Source: a virus
Taxonomy: Duplodnaviria > Heunggongvirae > Uroviricota > Caudoviricetes
Length of the DNA stretch: 44,005 nt
IMG/VR virus record: IMGVR_UViG_2579778573_000005
Strand: one strand, 5' to 3'
The stretch's first letter is position 1. Every line of letters begins with the position of its first letter. The notes under the pieces are model-generated. The model was not told the DNA's origin and made no database searches. It saw nothing but the letters and a program-made list of their open reading frames with translations. A program made the position numbers and the translations under genes. Shown here piece by piece: positions 38,451 to 44,005 of this stretch.

Positions 38451-40667
38451 ATGACCATTTTTAACGGCTTGTTAGAAGCGAAAAAAGGCGCGCTCAAAAA
38501 CGGCGCGATCCCGGCGCTGGCCATCGCCATCGCCGCCCCTAACAAAAAAGTTGCCGAGAACATCATCATCGGCAAATTGTGGGAAGCCTACCCTGACCAC
38601 GGCGACAACTATTTCAAACCTAAAATCTGGGAAGATGCCCCGGGCCAACCGCGCCCAGGCGTCGGTGAGTTTGATGAGACGTTTGCCACAGAACACAGTT
38701 TTGATGGCGAAAAATGGGTAGTTAACACTCCTGTTGATTCAGATTGCAGTTCAGCAGATATCTCACAGGTTAGCGACCTGATGAAACTGCCGGCTCGTGA
38801 ACGATTCGCCGCCGTTCTGCTGTTCAGCCACGACGCCAACGAAGTCGACAGTGAATTGCTTGTGCAGACGCGTGAATACCTGGAGATGCTCGATAACAGT
38901 GATACTGACAGTGAGGATGAGGTTGACGCGTTTAACCGCATCGTTCTTGATGCCATGGTGGCGTGTAAGCCCATCGAGTACATGCATATTGCTGGATTGA
39001 ATAATCTGGTACATGCAATTTTGGCAAGTTGCGATACCCAGGAACAAAACCCGACCAGTTGGACTATCTCCAAATTTATAAAAAAATGGGTAGAGAATCC
39101 CGGTAAACGAGATGAAATGCTGCCGGAGGTAAAACCAGAAACAGCATCCGCACGTCCTTACAAACAGACTCACGCCACTCTGGATCGTGAAATTGCCTGC
39201 GCCCTGTTACCTGTTGCCCCGGAAAAAATCACCCCCAGCATCCTGAAAGCGGCAGACGAAATAATCAGTCAGGACAGGGAAGATTTTAAACGCTGGTCAA
39301 TGGCCTTGCGCACAACGGATCAGATCCTTGCCTATGACCGCGCATCAGTATTCGGTGTTATTCAGAGCGCCCCCGCAAAAGACACGTACCACTTCCCACA
39401 ATCCCTGCGCAGTCACATCGACAACTGGCTGCAAGCTAACGGGCAGCGTGATGCAAATGCTGTTGAAGAGAAGCCAAAGGAAGCAGCACCCAAGGATGAT
39501 GTAAAAGTCACCAACCACGGCGGCGGACGATTCTCAATTGATGGGATGATGTCAGAAACACCCTCAAATCAGGGCGAAAAAAGCGAAGCTGCAAATGCTG
39601 GAGAACGTAGTTTGCAGCAGTTGCGTGAGCAGTTTGTCACGCCTCGCCATGTGTATGACGTACCTGAAAATAACGCCGTATCACAGAGGGAACCTGCAGC
39701 TATTACCCTGGCAGAAGAGACTCCTCCACAAGAACAACTTAGCGAGCAGGTAAAGGATCTGGTGCAGAACGTTGACGCGCTGGTTGAGCGGATCCATGCC
39801 GAAGAGCACAAGCGGCAGAATGCAATCTCAGCTATCGAAACGGAGTTAAAGGACTCAGATGACACGGATAACCTGGCATTGTGGAAGAACGTATTCAAAA
39901 CCGATGAGCGCTTCACCAGTGCTTTCTCTCAGAATGGCGGCGGCACATCCATCAACGGCACTTATATAGCGATGAAAGCGACTCGCGAATTTGGGCCATT
40001 TGGTATTGGCTGGGGGGTAGAGGTGCTGGAGGAGCGCTTTGATAAAGGCGCACCAATAGTTCGCAAAAAACAGGTTGGTGAAAAAATAGAATGGGATCTG
40101 ATTCAAGACGGTGTTGGCGGGTACCTATGTGAAATGCACCACACCATGAAAGTGAGAGTCTGGTACATATTGAATGGGGTACGCGGTGAGTCCGAGGCTT
40201 ACGGATGCACACCTTATATCTACGACACTAAATACGGACCAACAAGCGACGGCGAAGCACCGAAGAAATCCTGGACGGATGCTGTTAAGAAAGCGCTATC
40301 CCCTCTCGGATTCAGCGCCGATATTTTCATGGGCCTGTACGACAATCCGGAATACCGCCAGAGGAATAAAGCTGAGTTTGATATCAAGAATGCCAGCGAG
40401 AATGCGGAAGATGCTACCCGTCTGCGTAAGGAACTGGATGAGAAGCTTATCAACGTTGCCAATACGCTGGCCGCCGCGGTAACCGCCAACGAAGTAAACA
40501 AGGTATTTGGCCTCATCGCCCGCGAAGTGGATGTACACAGGAAAGCAGCGGAAACCAAAGGCGATAAAGAATATTCATCGTATCTGGGATCACGTCTGCG
40601 CCGTATCACCGACATTAAAACTGAACGCCTCGCCGCCCTTACCGCTGCACAGGAGCAAACAGCATGA
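38451..40667 (+). CDS. Large early protein of unknown function
   Basis: Track ORF 738 aa; GAGGAAAGACCA RBS module; acidic N-terminal half; no family recognised by eye. Confidence 0.5.
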   Translation: MTIFNGLLEAKKGALKNGAIPALAIAIAAPNKKVAENIIIGKLWEAYPDHGDNYFKPKIWEDAPGQPRPGVGEFDETFATEHSFDGEKWVVNTPVDSDCSSADISQVSDLMKLPARERFAAVLLFSHDANEVDSELLVQTREYLEMLDNSDTDSEDEVDAFNRIVLDAMVACKPIEYMHIAGLNNLVHAILASCDTQEQNPTSWTISKFIKKWVENPGKRDEMLPEVKPETASARPYKQTHATLDREIACALLPVAPEKITPSILKAADEIISQDREDFKRWSMALRTTDQILAYDRASVFGVIQSAPAKDTYHFPQSLRSHIDNWLQANGQRDANAVEEKPKEAAPKDDVKVTNHGGGRFSIDGMMSETPSNQGEKSEAANAGERSLQQLREQFVTPRHVYDVPENNAVSQREPAAITLAEETPPQEQLSEQVKDLVQNVDALVERIHAEEHKRQNAISAIETELKDSDDTDNLALWKNVFKTDERFTSAFSQNGGGTSINGTYIAMKATREFGPFGIGWGVEVLEERFDKGAPIVRKKQVGEKIEWDLIQDGVGGYLCEMHHTMKVRVWYILNGVRGESEAYGCTPYIYDTKYGPTSDGEAPKKSWTDAVKKALSPLGFSADIFMGLYDNPEYRQRNKAEFDIKNASENAEDATRLRKELDEKLINVANTLAAAVTANEVNKVFGLIAREVDVHRKAAETKGDKEYSSYLGSRLRRITDIKTERLAALTAAQEQTA

Positions 40668-41233
40668 GCACTGCTATCGCTATTGCAAAAGAATATGCCA
40701 GTCTGATTGACCTGTTAGAAACCGCCGATGAACTGACGCCAGAGATGATCGCCGACACGCTTGAAGGCATGGAAGGAGAACTGGGAGACAAACTGGACGC
40801 CATGATGGTCATCTGCCGTAATTTACAGGGCAATGCCAATACCTGCGCTGAAGAAATGTCTCGCCTGGCAACCCGTAAGACGTCCTTTGAAGGCAAGGAA
40901 AAAGCAATTCGAAAGCATATGCTCACCTGCCTGCAAGCTGCTGGCCTGGATAAACTGAAAACCGCAAAAAACACATTTACTGATGCACAGGGGGCTATCC
41001 GGGTAATTATCGATAGCAAAGATAAGATCCCGGATGAGTATGAGGGCGTGTCACTTGTTGATGTAGAAACGGTTATTACACCAAACAAGCGAGCCATTAA
41101 AGAAGTGATTGAATCTGCGGAGGCGGTTGCCGCCGAAATACTGGCGCGTGGAGAAACACCACCAGCCGAGTTATTAAACCCGGTACCAGGCGCACATCTG
41201 GAACGCGGCGAACGGTCACTGAGGATACGCTAA
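40664..41233 (+). CDS. Gp157-like protein (siphovirus Gp157 family resemblance)
   Basis: Track ORF 189 aa; N-terminal pattern EYASLIDLLE...ADTLEGMEGE. Confidence 0.4.
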   Translation: MSTAIAIAKEYASLIDLLETADELTPEMIADTLEGMEGELGDKLDAMMVICRNLQGNANTCAEEMSRLATRKTSFEGKEKAIRKHMLTCLQAAGLDKLKTAKNTFTDAQGAIRVIIDSKDKIPDEYEGVSLVDVETVITPNKRAIKEVIESAEAVAAEILARGETPPAELLNPVPGAHLERGERSLRIR

Positions 41234-41415
41234 TGCTTAAACTCACATTAAAGCGTGGTGACGCGGTTCACCTGGTACTTGCCGATGGTACCAATGGCAT
41301 TATTGAAGCACGGAGCCGCTGCGAACTTGGGCTACACCTGCCAGAAAACATTAAGGTCACTCGGGAGAAATCGGCATTCACCCCACAAGAACTGATTACG
41401 CCTAATCAGAAATAA
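41233..41415 (+). CDS. CsrA/RsmA-like small protein
   Basis: Track ORF 60 aa, translationally coupled (TAATG); ungapped alignment to E. coli CsrA matches L2, L4, T5, G9, G33, P37, V42, R44, E45. Confidence 0.4.
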   Translation: MLKLTLKRGDAVHLVLADGTNGIIEARSRCELGLHLPENIKVTREKSAFTPQELITPNQK

Positions 41416-41464
41416 AAACTCACCATCGCTAGCATTGCGATTCACCAGACACCGGAGGATCACA

Positions 41465-41689
41465 ATGCTGCGATGGCAACCGGGAGCAACTCTGCTCTCC
41501 GCATTTGATATCAAAATTGGTCGACTGTCGGCCAGCGTCAGGAAACAGACTTTGACCGAGTCTGATATTGCCCGTGCCTGCCAGAAGGCAGATGACGCAA
41601 TAAGCTACATAATGAGGAAAGACCATGAAAAGCGATCACGACATAATCACCAGAGAAGAAATGGTCGAGCTGACGGGAAGCCCACTTAA
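41465..41689 (+). CDS. Hypothetical small protein
   Basis: Track ORF 41435-41689; ATG 41465 with GGAGGA RBS; 3' end overlaps next gene. Confidence 0.3.
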   Translation: MLRWQPGATLLSAFDIKIGRLSASVRKQTLTESDIARACQKADDAISYIMRKDHEKRSRHNHQRRNGRADGKPT

Positions 41690-41888
41690 ATCAAAGCAAT
41701 GTGAGGCTCTTCGCCGGGCTGGAATTTTCTTCATGGAAAGGGCTGACGGACACCCAAAAACAACCTGGGGCCATTTCATGAACCCAATAAAATTTCGCAA
41801 TTTACAGGAGGTGACGACGCGAAAAGATGATGAACCTGATTTTGGAGCAATATTTAATGGCCGGAAAGAGAAAGAACCCAGCAGATAA
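41625..41888 (+). CDS. DUF4224-like protein upstream of integrase (possible excisionase/directionality factor)
   Basis: Track ORF 87 aa; IITREEMVELTG...RRAGIFF pattern; GAGGAAAGACC RBS module. Confidence 0.5.
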   Translation: MKSDHDIITREEMVELTGSPLKSKQCEALRRAGIFFMERADGHPKTTWGHFMNPIKFRNLQEVTTRKDDEPDFGAIFNGRKEKEPSR

Positions 41889-42873
41889 CTGGATGCCGCC
41901 TCGTGTTTACCAGGGCAAAGCGGCCTACGAATTCAGGAATAAAGATAACAAAGCGATACGCCTGTGCGCATTGGATGCACCACGATCAGCCGTATGGCTG
42001 GCATATGAAAAAGCGGTCGGTGACGAAAAAGAAAGAAATACTTTTCAGGCGCTCACGGAACAATTCATGACCTCCCCTGATTTTATGGATTTGGCAGTCG
42101 AAACCCGGAAAGACTACACAAAATATTCCGGAAAAGTTCTGCCTGTCTTCGGGAAGATCGACCCGGATAAAATCAAACCTGAACATATTCGGCGCTATAT
42201 GGATCAACGCGGTTTATCAAGCCGAACTCAGGCAAACAGGGAAAAAAGCTTTATGTCCCGGGTATTCCGTTGGGGTTATGAACGAGGTTATGTTCAGAGG
42301 AATCCTTGTCAGGGAGTTAAACAGTTTAAAGAGAAAGCTCGCGAACGTTATATTACGGATGAAGAATATCAGGCCGTTTATGAAGTGTCTCCTGATGTTG
42401 TTCGCGTAGCAATGGAGATTGCCTACTTATGCGTGGCCAGACAGAGTGATGTACTTTCATTGCAGAAAGACCAGCTGTTCGATTCCGGGATCTACATTCG
42501 TCAGGGAAAAACCGGCGTTAAGCAAATCAAAGCCTGGTCGCCTCGTCTGCAGAAAGCGATAGCTCTGGCTCGTTCTCTGCCATTAAAAACGGGAATCAGT
42601 AGCCTGTTTGTGATTCATCAAACTACCGGTGGCAAGTATACCCGTGATGGTTTTAACTCTCGTTGGCGTGATGTCAAAGCGGCAGCACAGGAAAAATATC
42701 CTCATCTGCAAATAGACTTCACATTTCATGATCTGAAAGCAAAAGGTATCTCTGATCTGGAAGGCAGCCTGGAAGAGAAGCAAGCAATTTCCGGGCATAA
42801 GAACCCGCGACAGACAGCAGCATATGACCGGAAAGTTAAAGTAGTGCCCGTAGTTGGTGGCCAGAGAAAATGA
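41857..42873 (+). CDS. int: Tyrosine integrase
   Basis: Track ORF 41827-42873; likely start ATG 41857; ends 130 bp from the tRNA-Leu 3' end. Confidence 0.8.
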   Translation: MAGKRKNPADNWMPPRVYQGKAAYEFRNKDNKAIRLCALDAPRSAVWLAYEKAVGDEKERNTFQALTEQFMTSPDFMDLAVETRKDYTKYSGKVLPVFGKIDPDKIKPEHIRRYMDQRGLSSRTQANREKSFMSRVFRWGYERGYVQRNPCQGVKQFKEKARERYITDEEYQAVYEVSPDVVRVAMEIAYLCVARQSDVLSLQKDQLFDSGIYIRQGKTGVKQIKAWSPRLQKAIALARSLPLKTGISSLFVIHQTTGGKYTRDGFNSRWRDVKAAAQEKYPHLQIDFTFHDLKAKGISDLEGSLEEKQAISGHKNPRQTAAYDRKVKVVPVVGGQRK

Positions 42874-42878
42874 ATGAT

Positions 42879-42913
42879 GATGCGTCCAGAGAAAAATCAT
42901 CTTCGGACGCATC
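42879..42913. promoter_or_regulatory. 9-bp inverted repeat in the int-tRNA spacer (att-region element or int terminator)
   Basis: GATGCGTCC ... GGACGCATC with 17-nt loop. Confidence 0.3.
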
Positions 42914-42933
42914 TTCGGAAATGAGAAAGAAGA

Positions 42934-42960
42934 TACAAAAAAACCACCCGAAGGTGGTTT
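42934..42960 (-). terminator. Rho-independent terminator downstream of tRNA-Leu
   Basis: Minus strand AAACCACC-TTCG-GGTGGTTT followed by TTTTT. Confidence 0.65.
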
Positions 42961-43003
42961 CACGACACTGCTTATTGCTTTGATTTTATTCTTATCTTTC
43001 CCA

Positions 43004-43090
43004 TGGTACCCGGAGCGGGACTTGAACCCGCACAGCGCGAACGCCGAGGGATTTTAAATCCCTTGTGTCTACCGATTCCACCATCCGGGC
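43004..43090 (-). tRNA. leuZ: tRNA-Leu (anticodon UAA)
   Basis: 87-nt reverse complement reads GCCCGGATGGTGGAATCGGTAGACACAAGGGATTTAAAATCCC...CCA with long variable arm. Confidence 0.9.
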
Positions 43091-43102
43091 TCGGGAAAAA
43101 AG

Positions 43103-43176
43103 TGGAGGCGCGTTCCGGAGTCGAACCGGACTAGACGGATTTGCAATCCGCTACATAACCGCTTTGTTAACGCGCC
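43103..43176 (-). tRNA. cysT: tRNA-Cys (anticodon GCA)
   Basis: 74-nt reverse complement reads GGCGCGTTAACAAAGCGG...GATTGCAAATC...TCCA. Confidence 0.9.
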
Positions 43177-43229
43177 AAATTCTTCAGGCCTTTCAGCCAG
43201 ACATCCGCTGACGCCGATGCCTTTTAAAC

Positions 43230-43305
<76 letters not shown>

Positions 43306-43378
43306 ATTCATCAAGCAATCAGTTAATCACTTGATTTTATTATCGTCTGGCAATCAGTGCCGCCGTTCGATGCGTTGC

Positions 43379-43406
43379 ATTCTACTTACCTGGCGCGATG
43401 AGTCAA
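43379..43406 (-). promoter_or_regulatory. Promoter of the tRNA-Gly/Cys/Leu operon
   Basis: Minus strand TTGACT-16-TAGAAT ~75 bp upstream of tRNA-Gly. Confidence 0.55.
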
Positions 43407-43456
43407 CGATATTTTTCACCACTTTTGATCGTTTGCTGAAAATTGCGCCGAAACGA

Positions 43457-44005
43457 TCACTGATCAAGCAAATCTGCACGCGCAGCGCTCAAATATTGCA
43501 ACATTGACCACAGAGTCAGTACCGCAGCCACAAAGAAAAGTGCAATACCGGCGTACTCAACCCAAATATTCGGACGCCACAGCAGCCATGCCAACGCCAC
43601 CATCTGGGCAGTGGTTTTCACTTTTCCAATCCAGGAGACAGCCACGCTACTGCGTTTACCCAACTCCGCCATCCATTCGCGTAGCGCAGAAATAATAATT
43701 TCACGGGCGATCATCGTTGCTGCCGGTAAGGTCACCCACCAGCTGTGGTAATGCTCGGTTACCAGCACCATGGCGATAGCCACGAGAACTTTATCTGCGA
43801 CAGGGTCAAGGAAAGCACCAAACCGGGTACTCTGATTCCAGCGGCGTGCCAGAAAACCATCGAACCAGTCAGTCACCGCCGCGACGCAGAAAATGAGCGC
43901 GGCGGCAAACGGCGACCAGGTGACAGGCAAATAAAAGACCAATACAAAGAATGGGATAAGGATGACACGGAACAGTGTAAGCAACGTAGGGATATTAAAT
44001 TGCAT
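43457..44005 (-). CDS. pgsA: CDP-diacylglycerol--glycerol-3-phosphate 3-phosphatidyltransferase (host)
   Basis: Track ORF 182 aa, complete; CDP-alcohol phosphotransferase motif D..DG.LAR.....[11 protein letters not shown]. Confidence 0.9.

Overview
Almost the whole window is one integrated temperate phage (at least 43 kb; its left end lies beyond position 1) abutting the 3' end of tRNA-Leu in a host tRNA-Gly/tRNA-Cys/tRNA-Leu cluster, with host pgsA at 43457-44005. The prophage is mosaic: a P2-like contractile tail module (V-W-J-I-H-G-sheath-tube-E-T-U-X-D, 272-10305), a lambda-like head and packaging module (capsid E, decoration, S49 protease, portal, W, terminase; candidate cos near 19.3-19.4 kb), a lysis cassette, a Q-type late regulator, nin-like genes, a DnaB helicase plus O-like initiator with internal iterons, a divergent cro/cI switch with ATTACA-N9-TGTAAT operators, and an early-left operon ending in a DUF4224-like gene and integrase. 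The most interesting part is an ~8 kb accessory island (23.2-31.5 kb), partly AT-rich and on the opposite strand. It carries a LexA-box-controlled small gene, a putative HTH gene, an ImmA/IrrE-type Zn-metallopeptidase gene translationally coupled to a gene for a C-terminally membrane-anchored protein (candidate defence, abortive-infection or induction-control module), an AT-rich membrane protein gene, an intact IS911 with a 3-bp TGC target duplication, a DUF1311-like lipoprotein gene and an antirepressor-like gene. A 72-bp imperfect direct repeat brackets 4.6 kb of this cargo. Also notable: tail gene D appears split between two frames at the window start, and a CsrA-like 60-codon gene sits in the early-left operon, whose ~0.9 kb leader is ORF-poor and rich in GGA-containing repeats. 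All functional calls come from reading the translated ORFs and motifs by eye; no database or HMM search was run, and self-derived coordinates may be off by a base or two.
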